NCBI GenBank assembly: GCA_964536925.1
Contig: CAZHZF010000001.1
Location: forward strand, 150 to 64,149
Source of the DNA: an uncultured Dehalococcoidales bacterium
Lineage (GTDB): Bacteria; Chloroflexota; UBA6077; FW602-bin22
Reading direction: 5' to 3'
DNA length: 64,000 nucleotides
The position numbers and the translations under genes were made by a program. This document shows, in pieces, positions 20,723 through 30,979 of the stretch (positions are counted from its first letter, which is position 1; each line of letters begins with the position of its first letter). Below the pieces are notes generated by a model, which did no database searches, had not been told where the DNA came from, and worked only from the letters and a program-made list of their open reading frames with translations.

Positions 20723-22867
20723 TCAGTGCCCCGGTTTGGGGGTCGCGACGGTCGTCGATCGTGGCGTGGGTGTGACGGTTGCCGCGGCCCGCGTCGCGGT
20801 GGCGACCCGGGCGGATGAGGTCGCGGTCGTGGCGGGCGATGGAACGGGCGTTGGCGTCTGATTGCCGCGCGGAGTGGCGGTGACCGTCGCTGCGGGCGTC
20901 GTCCTGGCCGGTGTGCCGGTGCCGGCCGGCGTGCCCGTCCGAACCGGGCGAGGGGTCATGGTGATGTCGGGGACCGGCGTGATGAAGCCCGCCGCACCGG
21001 CCGCGGGCGTCGCCGGGCGATCGGCGATCGGTGTGCGATCGACTGCTTCTCGCGCCGGATCGCGCGGTCCGCCGTAGAGCGTCACGTTGCGGGATGGCCC
21101 ATAGGTCGAGCGCAGTCTCGTCTCGTCCACGATGCGATCCCCGCGGACGACGGTGCGGACGATCGTGGCCTCGAAGCCATCCTGGGCACTCTCGATCTTG
21201 ATCTCGCGGCCCGCCGGCAGGTCGGGGTCGTGCTGCCAGAAGACCCGAGGGTCCGACTTGACGACGCGCTCGATGTGCGGTGGTTCCGCGCGGACCTCCC
21301 AGTCCGGCTTCACGCCCCAGAGCGAGGTGCGCAGGGTGTTACCGTCGGTGGTCGCGCTGACGATGACGGGTGATCCGGTGCTGTTCCGCCAGCGCAGATC
21401 GATGGCGTACAGCAGCTCTCCCTTCGTGTTGTAGACCTGATCGATCGTCGCATCCAGGCCGCGCATCCCTCTGGGGGGTGTGCCGTAGCGGGGGATCCAG
21501 TACAGGTGCCAGTTCCGCTCGACGATCGGCAGTCCGGACCAGAAGACGCTCTGGAAGAGTGTTGTCGCTACCTGGCAGATGCCCCCACCCTCGCTGGGTA
21601 TGGTGACGATGTCGTCACCCCTCCGCGTGATCCCATAGCCGCTGCGATAACCGGCGCGCAGGCTGACTTCGCCGACCGCCTCATTGAAGGAGAAGGTCGC
21701 TCCGGGCGGCACGATGACGCCGTTCAGGCGTCTGGTCGCGAGTTCGACGTTGAACATCCGGTCGGGCAGGGTGCCGCCGTAGACGGTCGAAGCCTCCTCG
21801 ATGAGGTCCGGGAAGTCCGCGGCCGTCAGCGTCGCCTCGTCGAATCGGGCTCGGACCGGAGTGATGGAGAGCGACACGACACGGGTGGGCGAAGTGATCG
21901 CCTGACGCACGCGCTCCACGTTCGCCGCGATGTCGACTTTTCGACCCGTCTGTGCTGGACGAACTGTCCTGAGCCCCGCGCGCGTGCGCTCGATGCGCGC
22001 ATCACGCGGGCCGACATCGACCTCGGCGGCGATCTTCCGGACCCAGGCGGTCAGTCGCGTGCCATCGACCGCGAGTTGATACGTCGGCGGATTGGTATCG
22101 GTGGTGACGAGGGATGTCATTGCGATCAGGTCCGACTGGCTGAGGTGCCAGCGCTTGACGCCGCCATCGAACTCCGCCTGGACGGTCAGCGAGGAGGAGA
22201 CCGCGTTCTCGGCTGCTTGCCGGATCGCCTCGAGGTCCCCCTGGAAAGCCGGCGCCTCGACCTCCTCGACCACCAGCGCGATCGGCCCTGGCTCCCGCCG
22301 AAGGATCGTCTCGCGCAGGATCCGCGTGGTGCGGTCGACCTCCAGCTGCGAGCCACTGCGTGCCGGAAGCACCACGACACCGCTTCCTGGCTGCAGGCCC
22401 AGTTCTGCCCGGCGTGGCGGTGACTCAACCTCGTCTGCCAGGCTCGCCACGAAGGCACGCACGCGCGTCTCATCAACGTGGATCCCTGGCTCGGGGATCG
22501 CGATACGCAGGTGCTGGCCGAGGAACCCGCGCTCCAATCGCTCGATGGGCACCGTCGATTGCCCCGCGGCGAGGGCCGCCCGCAGCGTGGGCTCGAGGTC
22601 GTTGCGTGCGCCGAGTTCGCGCGGTGTGACTGTCCACTCGCGGTGGTCGGCACGGAGAATGATGGCCGTATCGAGGTATTTTTCATAGCGCAGCGCCACG
22701 GTCGCGCGCGCCGCCTGTGCGTCCATACCCCCGATGTCGATGCCCGCGACGTCGACCCCGGGCTGGACCTTGCTGGCAAAGGCGCGGTTGAACACGGCGT
22801 AGGCGAGGAGGACGGCCACGGCCGCGCACACGGCGAGTCCGGCCAGAGCGACGGTGAAGAGTCGCAC
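20723..22867 (-). CDS. Membrane-anchored VanW-family protein with peptidoglycan-binding (YoaR-like) repeats, G5-like domain and Pro/Thr-rich tail
   Basis: N-terminal TM helix, then NGVIVPPGATFSFN, GGGICQVATTLF, ERNWH and DATI motifs. C-terminal ATP/TPT repeats. Confidence 0.88.
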   Translation of the reverse strand: MRLFTVALAGLAVCAAVAVLLAYAVFNRAFASKVQPGVDVAGIDIGGMDAQAARATVALRYEKYLDTAIILRADHREWTVTPRELGARNDLEPTLRAALAAGQSTVPIERLERGFLGQHLRIAIPEPGIHVDETRVRAFVASLADEVESPPRRAELGLQPGSGVVVLPARSGSQLEVDRTTRILRETILRREPGPIALVVEEVEAPAFQGDLEAIRQAAENAVSSSLTVQAEFDGGVKRWHLSQSDLIAMTSLVTTDTNPPTYQLAVDGTRLTAWVRKIAAEVDVGPRDARIERTRAGLRTVRPAQTGRKVDIAANVERVRQAITSPTRVVSLSITPVRARFDEATLTAADFPDLIEEASTVYGGTLPDRMFNVELATRRLNGVIVPPGATFSFNEAVGEVSLRAGYRSGYGITRRGDDIVTIPSEGGGICQVATTLFQSVFWSGLPIVERNWHLYWIPRYGTPPRGMRGLDATIDQVYNTKGELLYAIDLRWRNSTGSPVIVSATTDGNTLRTSLWGVKPDWEVRAEPPHIERVVKSDPRVFWQHDPDLPAGREIKIESAQDGFEATIVRTVVRGDRIVDETRLRSTYGPSRNVTLYGGPRDPAREAVDRTPIADRPATPAAGAAGFITPVPDITMTPRPVRTGTPAGTGTPARTTPAATVTATPRGNQTPTPVPSPATTATSSARVATATRAAATVTPTPRSTTVATPKPGH

Positions 22868-22880
22868 CGACCGAGTATCG

Positions 22881-22898
22881 ATTTACTTGACAGTAAAT
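22881..22898. promoter_or_regulatory. AT-rich operator-like palindrome between divergent vanW-like gene and prfA
   Basis: ATTTACT-TGAC-AGTAAAT is a perfect 7-bp inverted repeat in roughly 70% GC DNA. Confidence 0.55.
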
Positions 22899-22946
22899 GG
22901 GTGTTAGAACCCCGCCGACGAGCCGGCCTGCCATAGAATCGATCGT

Positions 22947-24029
22947 GTGGATCTGCAGACGCGGGCGCAGCGCGTGGTCGAGAAGTTCGAGGACCTGGAG
23001 GGTCAACTGGCTCGCCCCGAGGTCTTCGGCGACCCGTTGCGTCTGCAGGAGGTCGGTCGGGAGCAAGCCGCGGTGGCCGAAACGGCCCAGCGCGCCCGAA
23101 CGTGGCTGACCGTCCAGCGCGATCTCGACGCGGCGCGGGCTCTTCTCCGGGAGTCGGAGGGGGACGCGGACCTCGAGACCCTGGCGCGTGAGGAGATCGC
23201 TGATCTCGAGCGGCGCGAGGCGGCCCTCCGGCCGACTCTCGAAGAGGAGCTCCGCGAGCGGGATCCGAACGAAGACAAGAGCGTGGTCGTGGAGATCCGC
23301 GCGGGTGCCGGTGGAGATGAGGCGGCGCTCTTCGCGGCGGATCTCTATCGGATGTACTGCCGCTACGCCGAGCGACGACGCTGGCCGGTCGGACTGGTCG
23401 ACCTCAGCGAGAATGGCATCGGTGGAATCAAGGAGGTCGTGTTCGAGATCCGCGGCCGTGGTGCCTACGGCCGTCTCCGGCACGAGAGTGGCGTCCATCG
23501 CGTCCAGCGGGTCCCAGCGACGGAAGCCCAGGGGCGCATTCACACCTCCACCGCGACGGTCGCGGTCCTTCCGGAGGTGGAGGAATTCGCCGTCCAGATC
23601 AATCCAGAAGATGTGCGGGTGGACATCTATCGCTCCGGCGGCGCGGGCGGCCAGAACGTCAACAAAGTGGAGTCCGCGGTCCGGCTCACGCACATCCCCT
23701 CGGGGATCGTGGTTCAGTGCCAGGACGAGCGATCGCAACTGCAGAATCGCGCCAAGGCCATGGCGGTCCTTCGGGCCCGCCTGTACGATCTCGAACAACG
23801 ACGGCGGGCCGCGTCAATCGGCGATGCGCGCCGCAGTCAGGTGGGTACGGGCGATCGGAGCGAGAAGATCCGTACCTACAACTTCCCGGAGGATCGCATC
23901 ACCGACCATCGGGTTGGCTTCAAAACCCACCAGATCGCGCGCGTGCTCGATGGTGAAATCGACCCGATCGTCGAGGCCCTCATCGCTGCGCAGGAGGGAA
24001 GCCTACCGGCCGCCGACCAGGCAGCCTGA
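22947..24029 (+). CDS. prfA: Peptide chain release factor 1
   Basis: GAGGQNVNK (GGQ motif) and VPAT (PxT, RF1-specific). Upstream of prmC. Confidence 0.97.
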   Translation: MDLQTRAQRVVEKFEDLEGQLARPEVFGDPLRLQEVGREQAAVAETAQRARTWLTVQRDLDAARALLRESEGDADLETLAREEIADLERREAALRPTLEEELRERDPNEDKSVVVEIRAGAGGDEAALFAADLYRMYCRYAERRRWPVGLVDLSENGIGGIKEVVFEIRGRGAYGRLRHESGVHRVQRVPATEAQGRIHTSTATVAVLPEVEEFAVQINPEDVRVDIYRSGGAGGQNVNKVESAVRLTHIPSGIVVQCQDERSQLQNRAKAMAVLRARLYDLEQRRRAASIGDARRSQVGTGDRSEKIRTYNFPEDRITDHRVGFKTHQIARVLDGEIDPIVEALIAAQEGSLPAADQAA

Positions 24030-24095
24030 GCGGCGGACCCATCGCAGCGGCCGTGACGCGCGCCGCACGCGCTGGTCGTGGGCGCCGGTCCTGAT

Positions 24096-24974
24096 GTGAG
24101 CGACGCGCTTACCGTCGGAGCCCTCCTCCGTGCCGCCACGGTATGGCTTCGCGAGCAGGGCGACGAGGAGGCGCGGATCGATGTCGAACTGCTGCTCGCG
24201 CGCGCGCTGTCGGTCGATCGTGCCGGGGTTTTCGCGCGCCTCGGCGAGACGCTCGAACCCCATCAGCGACTGCGCTTCGAGGAGTCGCTCGAACGCCATG
24301 CCCGCGGCGAGCCGATCGCCTATATCCTCGGCGAGCGGGAGTTCTTCGGTCTCCCGTTCACGGTGCGCCCCGGCGTGCTCATACCCCGTCCTGAAACCGA
24401 ACTGATCGTCGAGGAGGTCCTCGGGTTCATTCGCCAGCGCGGATTGCCCACCCCTCGCATCCTCGATGTCGGTACGGGTTCCGGCGCCATCGCCGTCGCC
24501 GTCGCCCGCTCGGTGCCGACCGCCCGGGTCCACGCCACGGACATCGATGGGCGCGCCATCGAACTCGCTCGCGAGAACGCCATCCGCCACGACGTGCGCG
24601 AGCGGATCGACTTCCAGCAGGCCGACCTCCTCGAGGGTGTCGTCGGCTCGTGGGATGTGATCGCCGGGAACCTACCGTACATACCGACCGACACGGTGGC
24701 GCATCTGGACCCCTCACTGACGAATTGGGAGGGGCGGCTCGCGCTCGACGGGGGCGCCGACGGACTCGCGCCGCATCGGCGACTCCTCTCCCAGGCTCGG
24801 GCATTGCTCGCGACGCCCGGCATGGTCATCCTCGAAGTGGCGGACGATCGCGGGGAGGCGGCGATGAGCCTCTTCGCCACCGCGCTGCCCGACACCGACA
24901 TCGTCCTGCTCACCGACCTGTTTGGACGCGATCGCGCCGTGCGCGCTATCCTCGGCGACCGGGAGGCATCATGA
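24096..24974 (+). CDS. prmC: Release factor glutamine methyltransferase
   Basis: GEPIAYILGEREFFG, VLIPRPETE, DVGTGSG and NLPY (variant of NPPY) motifs. Start GTG 24096. Confidence 0.95.
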   Translation: MSDALTVGALLRAATVWLREQGDEEARIDVELLLARALSVDRAGVFARLGETLEPHQRLRFEESLERHARGEPIAYILGEREFFGLPFTVRPGVLIPRPETELIVEEVLGFIRQRGLPTPRILDVGTGSGAIAVAVARSVPTARVHATDIDGRAIELARENAIRHDVRERIDFQQADLLEGVVGSWDVIAGNLPYIPTDTVAHLDPSLTNWEGRLALDGGADGLAPHRRLLSQARALLATPGMVILEVADDRGEAAMSLFATALPDTDIVLLTDLFGRDRAVRAILGDREAS

Positions 24975-25420
24975 TCGCCATCGGTGCGGATCACGCCGGC
25001 GTACGCCTGAAATCCCAGATCGCCGCCTTTCTGCGCGATCGAGGCGAGGTTGTGAGCGACCTCGGGACCCACGATGAGAGCTCAACCGACTACCCCGACT
25101 ACGCGGAGAAGGTGGGGCGTGAGGTGGCCGCCGGGCGTGCCGAGCGCGGCATCCTCATCTGCGGCACGGGAATCGGGATCTCCATCTCGGCGAACAAGAT
25201 CGACGGGATCCGCGCCGCGCTGTGCGGAGATACGTTCTCGGCGCGCATGAGCCGGGAACATAACGATGCCAACATCCTCTGCCTCGGCGCCCGTGTGCTG
25301 GGCGACGGTCTGGCGCTGGACATCGTCGCGATGTGGATGGATGCGCGGTTTGCCGGTGGCCGGCATCAGCGGCGGGTCGACAAGATCGCGGCATTGGAGA
25401 GCGCCCCGGTCGCGCGATGA
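24971..25420 (+). CDS. rpiB: Ribose-5-phosphate isomerase B
   Basis: IGADHAG, DYPDYA, ICGTGIG, REHNDANIL and GGRHQRR motifs. ATG 24971 with GGAGG SD. Confidence 0.96.
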   Translation: MIAIGADHAGVRLKSQIAAFLRDRGEVVSDLGTHDESSTDYPDYAEKVGREVAAGRAERGILICGTGIGISISANKIDGIRAALCGDTFSARMSREHNDANILCLGARVLGDGLALDIVAMWMDARFAGGRHQRRVDKIAALESAPVAR

Positions 25421-26508
25421 CCGCGACTTTCCCGGCCATCGTGGGGCACCCGCGACCGAAGCGCCTGCTCGCCGCCGCGCTCGCCGGAACGCCCGGTCAC
25501 GCCTACCTCTTCCTCGGACCCACGGGAGTCGGCAAGCGCTCGGTCGCCCTCGCCTTCGCGCGAGCGCTGAATTGTGCCCAGCGCTCACCCGGAGATGCCC
25601 CGCCCTCGCTCTTCGACGACCTCGCCTCACCTCCCGCCGCGCGCGGCGACGCCTGTGGAGAGTGTCGCTCCTGCCGTCTCATCGACGCGGGCACCCACCC
25701 CGATGTCCGGGTGATCGATCGTCTGACCGGTGCCGACGAGCGTCGCGCCCGGGCGCCGAAGAACATCTCCGTGGAGGTGGTCCGCGCCGCGACGATCGAC
25801 GCGACCCGGCGCCCCGAGATGGGCGGGAGGCGTGTGTACATCATCCATCGCGCCGACGAACTCTCGCTGCCGGGTTTCGATGCACTCCTGAAGACGCTCG
25901 AGGAACCGGCGAGTAGCGTTACCTTCCTGCTCACCGCAGTCGACGAGGGGCTGATCCCGCCCACGATCATCTCGCGCTGTCAGATCGTCCGCTTTGGCCC
26001 GATCCCACGGCCGGATCTGACGGATTTCCTCGTCGGTCGACACGGGGCAGAGGACCGCCTCGCCGAGCGAATCGCCCGCGCGGCCGATGGGTCACCGGCG
26101 ATCGCGCTCGAACTGCTGGCCGATGGTGCCGATGGAAAGCGACGCCTGGGGTATTACGCGGAGGCGTTCGCGCTCAGTCGCGCGTCGGTAGCGGACCGAC
26201 TCGCCCGCGTCGAGGCGCTCATGCGCGCCCACTCCAGCGATCCGGCGCGGACCACAGAACTGCTCCGCGCTCTCACGCTTTTGTGGCGCGATGTGGTGCT
26301 TGCGCACACCGCGCAGCAGGAACGAACGGTTCTGAGCGGAGTCCAGCCGGAGGTGGAGGCTCTTACCCGCGCGCTCGGACTCGACGCGGCGCGTCAAGCA
26401 CTGGTTGCGCTGGTGAGCGCCAAGCGACAGATCGACGAGAACGTCCAGACGCGGATGGCCCTCGAACTCCTCCTGATGCGCCTCCCCGTGCCAGGACCCG
26501 CGAGCTGA
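25417..26508 (+). CDS. holB: DNA polymerase III subunit delta'
   Basis: HAYLFLGPTGVGK, Zn motif C...ACGECRSC, GTHPDV and ALLKTLEEP..TIISRCQ motifs. Confidence 0.92.
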   Translation: MTATFPAIVGHPRPKRLLAAALAGTPGHAYLFLGPTGVGKRSVALAFARALNCAQRSPGDAPPSLFDDLASPPAARGDACGECRSCRLIDAGTHPDVRVIDRLTGADERRARAPKNISVEVVRAATIDATRRPEMGGRRVYIIHRADELSLPGFDALLKTLEEPASSVTFLLTAVDEGLIPPTIISRCQIVRFGPIPRPDLTDFLVGRHGAEDRLAERIARAADGSPAIALELLADGADGKRRLGYYAEAFALSRASVADRLARVEALMRAHSSDPARTTELLRALTLLWRDVVLAHTAQQERTVLSGVQPEVEALTRALGLDAARQALVALVSAKRQIDENVQTRMALELLLMRLPVPGPAS

Positions 26509-26534
26509 TCGTGGCTCCCGAGGCCGGCACCCGC

Positions 26535-27452
26535 CTACCGCATCCGGAGCGCCAGGACACTGCTCACCGCGGTTAGCGCCGCCAGGCCAATGAGAACGGC
26601 CCACGGGACCTCGGCGATCCTCCGCTCGGCAGGCAGCGCCGTCCCAACCGCCGTGGTCTCTGCAGCCTTGGCGCTGTCGGCCGCTGCCCCGGCCGCTGAA
26701 GGAAGCGTCGCGCCGTCCCGCGCGGCGAGGCGCCCCGCCACGGTGTCAGGTTGTGCCACGACCCCGGCCTCAGGGGCCCTTGGCAGGGCTGCCGGCACCG
26801 CTCGAACGATGGTGGGGGCTCCATCGACACGGGCCGGCGGTGCCCCCGCGGCGGCCGCTGGCGCCGGCCGAGCGGTGAGGGGAGTCGCATTGGCTCGGAC
26901 CGTCGGGGCGGCTCCGGAGGCCGCCGCACCTGTGGCGGGTTGGGCGACCGCCTCCCTCACCGCCAGATCGGCCGCGGCGGCGCGGGGGGCCGGGGCCGGC
27001 GCCTGGGCTGCTGGTGCCGCCGCCGAGAACGCCTGCGCGGCAGGTGCCGGGGCAGCGGCCGGCTGAGCCAATGCCGCCACCGGCATCGCGTCGCGGACAA
27101 CGCGCTCCGGAGGCGACACGAGCGCGGCAGCGCTCACGGCGATGAGCATGGCCGCCATCGCCGCGGCCGCGTTTCGGTACATCAGTCGGGGCGAGGGTGC
27201 GATCCGGGTCGGCACCATCGAGGGCCGCAGCGCAAAGGAGCGTGGAGCGCGAATCGGTTGAACTCGTCGCAGCAGATCGCGGGTCTGTCGAATCGCGGCC
27301 AGTTCATCCCGGCATCGGGCGCATCCCGCGATATGCCGGTCGATGCGCCTCCGGGCGGGCGCATCCAGACGATCGTCCAGATACGCGGAGAGATCGGCTC
27401 CGGCGTGCGCGTCGCCCCACAGGCGGCGCAGGGTCTCATTCACCATTCCCAT
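26535..27452 (-). CDS. Zinc-binding (ZAS) anti-sigma factor, membrane-anchored with Ala/Pro-rich extracellular region
   Basis: LSAYLD.....RHIAGCARC (HxxxCxxC) and two hydrophobic helices. Abuts the sigma gene's stop codon. Confidence 0.88.
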   Translation of the reverse strand: MGMVNETLRRLWGDAHAGADLSAYLDDRLDAPARRRIDRHIAGCARCRDELAAIRQTRDLLRRVQPIRAPRSFALRPSMVPTRIAPSPRLMYRNAAAAMAAMLIAVSAAALVSPPERVVRDAMPVAALAQPAAAPAPAAQAFSAAAPAAQAPAPAPRAAAADLAVREAVAQPATGAAASGAAPTVRANATPLTARPAPAAAAGAPPARVDGAPTIVRAVPAALPRAPEAGVVAQPDTVAGRLAARDGATLPSAAGAAADSAKAAETTAVGTALPAERRIAEVPWAVLIGLAALTAVSSVLALRMR

Positions 27453-28082
27453 TCAGGCCACACTCACATGACGATACGCGGCCGGCAGAAGTTCCTCCGA
27501 TTCCCGGAGAATCTCGCGCAGCCGCAGGCGACCGCGGTTCAAGCGTGACTTCACGGTGCCGATGTTGACGCCAAGGGCCTCCGCCGTCTCCTCGTAACTG
27601 AGGCCGTGAATGTCGATCATCGTGATCGCGGCGCGCTGATCGACGGGGAGGCGCAGGATCGCCTGGTTGATGTGTTCTGCGAGTTCGCCGCGCAGCGCCG
27701 ACTCCTCGGGCGGCATTTCGTTCCCCGGGGGATCGATCGCCATCTCCTCCCCGTCCCCCTCGCCCGCCGGTACGGTGAGCGGCGAGGTCGGGTGGCGGCC
27801 GTGCCAGCGCAGCGCGTCGTGCGCACCGTTGGAGACGATCCGCAGGAGCCAGCCGCGGAACGAGCCACCGCGGAACGATGCGATGGCGCGGTACGCGGCG
27901 ATAAACGCATCCTGCACGACATCCTCGGCCGTGGCCGCGTTCGCGACGATGCGGTATGCGACGCCGAAGGCCAGATCCTGGTGGCGCTCCACCAGTTCGT
28001 TGAAGGCGTCGAGGTCGCCATCGGCAGATCGCGCCGCGAGTGCCACGTCATCGGCCGCGGCCCGTGTGTGTTGACGCCACAT
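27453..28082 (-). CDS. ECF RNA polymerase sigma factor
   Basis: AEDVVQDAFI and FRGWLLRIVSN (region 2); SYEETAEALGVNIGTVKSRLNRGR (region 4.2). Confidence 0.95.
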   Translation of the reverse strand: MWRQHTRAAADDVALAARSADGDLDAFNELVERHQDLAFGVAYRIVANAATAEDVVQDAFIAAYRAIASFRGGSFRGWLLRIVSNGAHDALRWHGRHPTSPLTVPAGEGDGEEMAIDPPGNEMPPEESALRGELAEHINQAILRLPVDQRAAITMIDIHGLSYEETAEALGVNIGTVKSRLNRGRLRLREILRESEELLPAAYRHVSVA

Positions 28083-28171
28083 GGTGCCCTCTATATACTG
28101 CGCACGCTCTGTGGGCGGGTCACGGGTGACCTCTGGTCACCCGTTTTTTGTTTGATCGGGGACTGTGAATC

Positions 28172-29203
28172 ATGAAGATCGGGGTTCTGACCGGGGGCGG
28201 CGACTGCCCCGGGTTGAACGCGGCCATCCGCGCGGTCGTCCGCAGCGCCGAGAGTAAGGGCTGGTCGGTCACCGGGTTTCTCAATGGTTGGGCGGGGTTA
28301 CTGGGCGAGGGAATCGCCCGGCCGCTGACCTCCGGCGACGTGTCCGGCATCCTTCCGCTGGGCGGCACCATCCTCGGCACCTCGCGCACCAATCCGCTGC
28401 GCCAGCAGGCGCATATCGACCAGGTGGTGGCGAACTTCGAGCGGCACGGGATCGACGCTCTGGTCGCGATCGGCGGCGACGATACGCTCTCTGTGGCATC
28501 GCGCCTGCACGATCTGGGCCTGAAGACCGTCGGTGTGCCGAAGACGATGGATAACGACCTCGCCGAGACGGATGCCTGTATCGGATTCAATTCAGCGGTC
28601 ACGATTGTTGTCGATGCGCTCGATAAACTGCATACGACCGCCAGTTCGCATCATCGGGTAATGGTCGTCGAGGTGATGGGACGTGACGCGGGATGGGTCG
28701 CCACGATCGGCGGCCTGGCCGGTGGTGCCGACTACATCCTGATTCCCGAGGTCGATGTGCCCGTGGAGACGGTGTGCGACAGCCTGCGCCGACGCCGACA
28801 GCGCGGGAAGGACTTCAGCGTGGTCGTCGTCTCCGAGGGCGCCAAGTTCCCGGACGTCCCGGTCGAACTGAGTGATTCGACGACCGACGCGTTCGGTCAC
28901 GTCCGTCTGGACCGCCGTAACGTCGGTGAGGTCCTCGCGCGTGAGGTCGAGAGGCGTACCGGGTTCGAGACCCGCACGACGGTCCTCGGTCACCTCCAGC
29001 GCGGCGGATCGCCGACGGTGTTCGATCGGGTCCTGGCGACGCGCACGGGCGTTGCCGCGGTGGGCTACATCGCCGAAGGTCGCCTTGGTCATCTCGGCGC
29101 GCTGCGTGGAAACGACATCCTGCCGGTGCCACTGAAGGACGTCGTGGCCCACAACCGCACGGTCGATCTCGATCTGTGGCGGCTGGCCTCCACCTTCTAC
29201 TAG
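28172..29203 (+). CDS. pfkA: 6-phosphofructokinase, PPi-type signature residues
   Basis: TGGGDCPGLN, GGTILGTSR, GGDDT, PKTMDND, VMGRDAGW and GHLQRGG motifs. Confidence 0.93.
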   Translation: MKIGVLTGGGDCPGLNAAIRAVVRSAESKGWSVTGFLNGWAGLLGEGIARPLTSGDVSGILPLGGTILGTSRTNPLRQQAHIDQVVANFERHGIDALVAIGGDDTLSVASRLHDLGLKTVGVPKTMDNDLAETDACIGFNSAVTIVVDALDKLHTTASSHHRVMVVEVMGRDAGWVATIGGLAGGADYILIPEVDVPVETVCDSLRRRRQRGKDFSVVVVSEGAKFPDVPVELSDSTTDAFGHVRLDRRNVGEVLAREVERRTGFETRTTVLGHLQRGGSPTVFDRVLATRTGVAAVGYIAEGRLGHLGALRGNDILPVPLKDVVAHNRTVDLDLWRLASTFY

Positions 29204-29219
29204 GCGTCCCACCGGGGAC

Positions 29220-29693
29220 TCAGCCCTGCGTGAACCCGGCGATCTCCGCTCCCGTGAAGTCGGCGAGTTCCTGGGGAGAGAGCGGGAAGACGTCGTAGGC
29301 GCTGCCCGCGGCGGCCCAGACTTCAACGAACCGGAAGAGTTCGCGATCGAGCAGCGCCCTCATGGTGGTGCCATCGGCGGCCGTGCGCACCGGTGGAATT
29401 CCGCCGATCGCGAAGCCGGTGATTCGCTTGACCTCCGTAGCCGAGGCCATACGCGCGCCCGTCGCGCCCAGCAGCCGTGCCGCCTCGGCCAGGTCCACCC
29501 GGCGGTCGCCGCTAACGAGCGCGAGCGCGGGGCGCGTATCGGCGATCAGGACGAGCGACTTCACGATCGCACCCTGCTCCGTTCCCAGCGCGGCCGCGGC
29601 GAGCGCCGCCGTCCGCGTATCGTCGGCGAGGTGCACGATGCGATCGCCGAGGCCAAAGCCAGCCAGGAGCGCGCGGACCCGATCGACGCTCAT
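29220..29693 (-). CDS. YbaK/EbsC aminoacyl-tRNA deacylase family protein
   Basis: AIVKSLV, TGFAIGGIPP and WAAAGS motifs. Confidence 0.9.
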   Translation of the reverse strand: MSVDRVRALLAGFGLGDRIVHLADDTRTAALAAAALGTEQGAIVKSLVLIADTRPALALVSGDRRVDLAEAARLLGATGARMASATEVKRITGFAIGGIPPVRTAADGTTMRALLDRELFRFVEVWAAAGSAYDVFPLSPQELADFTGAEIAGFTQG

Positions 29694-30946
29694 CGCGGAT
29701 CGACGGGAGTCCGCCGTGCGATGCGGCGGCGGATTCGTTCGAGTCGGTGCTCCAACCCCTCGCGCAGGCGCTGCCGCTCGAATGTCGCGAGGTGAGCGGA
29801 AATGCGCGGGAGCACGCCGAGCGCCCTCGTCGTCAGGTCGCCGGCGCGCGCGTAGTCGCGCAAGCGGTGTTCAGCGTGCTTCGCCAGTTCCACGTACGGC
29901 TCCAGAGAGAGCGCCCCGGCCTCGGCGAGCGACTCCCAGATCGCGACCGCGCGATCGCGGCGGTCCAGGCGGCGATAGAGCAGCGCCGCCCGCGCGCGAA
30001 GCACCTCGTCATCGAATCCGGGATGGGCGCGCGCGCGTTCGAGACAGAACAGGGCGCGATCGGTATGTCCGGCATCCTCGAGCACACCGGCGACGCTCAC
30101 CAGGTCGCACGGGTCGTGCTCGTCTGGCGCCGGGGGATCGCCTACCGCGCGCCCGAGCCGCACCAGCAGCGCGGTGAGCGTCAGGATGTCCTGCGCGTTG
30201 TGGGCGAGGATTGGCTCCAGCGCCGAAGGATCGCGACTCCGCAGGTACTGGAAGTACTGCCCCGGGATCGCCCAGCCGGGGATGTCGTCGTCCCGATCTG
30301 CCAGGCCGAGCACGGCCGCCTCGAGCCTCTGCAGCGCGCAACCGCCGAGACGACGGCGGAAGATGCGTCGTGCCGGGAACAGCAGATCGCAGTGCAGCGG
30401 CGCGCGCGGCCAGTCGTCCAGCCGGTGGTAGAGGAACCGTGTCTCCAGGAGAGGCCAGTCGAACGTCTTGCCGTTGAAACTGACGATCGCGTCCTTCCCA
30501 CGCAGGATCGCTGCGAGCCGCTCCAGCGCGGCACGCTCCTCGGCGGGGTCGTCCACCACGATCTGATCGATCCGGAACCCACCCTCAGCGAACGTCCCCA
30601 CGCCGAGGAGAAACGCGAGCGTGCCGGTGCCCCCGGAGAGGCCGGTCGTCTCGCAGTCGAGGATTGCCAGACGCGCGGGATCGACCCAGCGGAATCGCTC
30701 GTCGCCGCTGAGGATCGCCAGTTGCTCGCCGCGATGGGCCAGGGCGTCGGAAAGCGTGACGCCGGCGTGGATATGGTCGAGCGGGTGCGCGCGGGTCTGG
30801 ACGGTGACGCCATCGGGCCGCGATCGCGCCAGGTCGCGCTCCACGGTCGCGGTGCGAGGCTCGCGCCGGGTCGATGGGTCGGGCGGAGCGAGGCTGCTCG
30901 CCCTCTTCAGGTAGCCCAGGCGGAGTAGCCGCTCTCGCGCGTCCAC
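29690..30946 (-). CDS. YprB/MrfB-like RNase H-like (DnaQ) exonuclease with C-terminal TPR-like helices
   Basis: LDCETTGLSGG, VSFNGKTFDWPLL, HCDLL..ARR and HNAQDI motifs; C-terminal ELAKHAEHR.RDY. Confidence 0.88.
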   Translation of the reverse strand: MDARERLLRLGYLKRASSLAPPDPSTRREPRTATVERDLARSRPDGVTVQTRAHPLDHIHAGVTLSDALAHRGEQLAILSGDERFRWVDPARLAILDCETTGLSGGTGTLAFLLGVGTFAEGGFRIDQIVVDDPAEERAALERLAAILRGKDAIVSFNGKTFDWPLLETRFLYHRLDDWPRAPLHCDLLFPARRIFRRRLGGCALQRLEAAVLGLADRDDDIPGWAIPGQYFQYLRSRDPSALEPILAHNAQDILTLTALLVRLGRAVGDPPAPDEHDPCDLVSVAGVLEDAGHTDRALFCLERARAHPGFDDEVLRARAALLYRRLDRRDRAVAIWESLAEAGALSLEPYVELAKHAEHRLRDYARAGDLTTRALGVLPRISAHLATFERQRLREGLEHRLERIRRRIARRTPVDPR

Positions 30947-30979
30947 GCCAACTAATCATAACGTTGGGAGTCCTCCATA

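Noticed and set aside
22947-24029. Programmed frameshift as in prfB
   Set aside because: The ORF is continuous and carries the RF1 PxT motif.
24078-24974. PrmC with NLPY instead of NPPY as an inactive enzyme
   Set aside because: NLPY is a tolerated variant, the remaining motifs are intact, and synteny with prfA is canonical.
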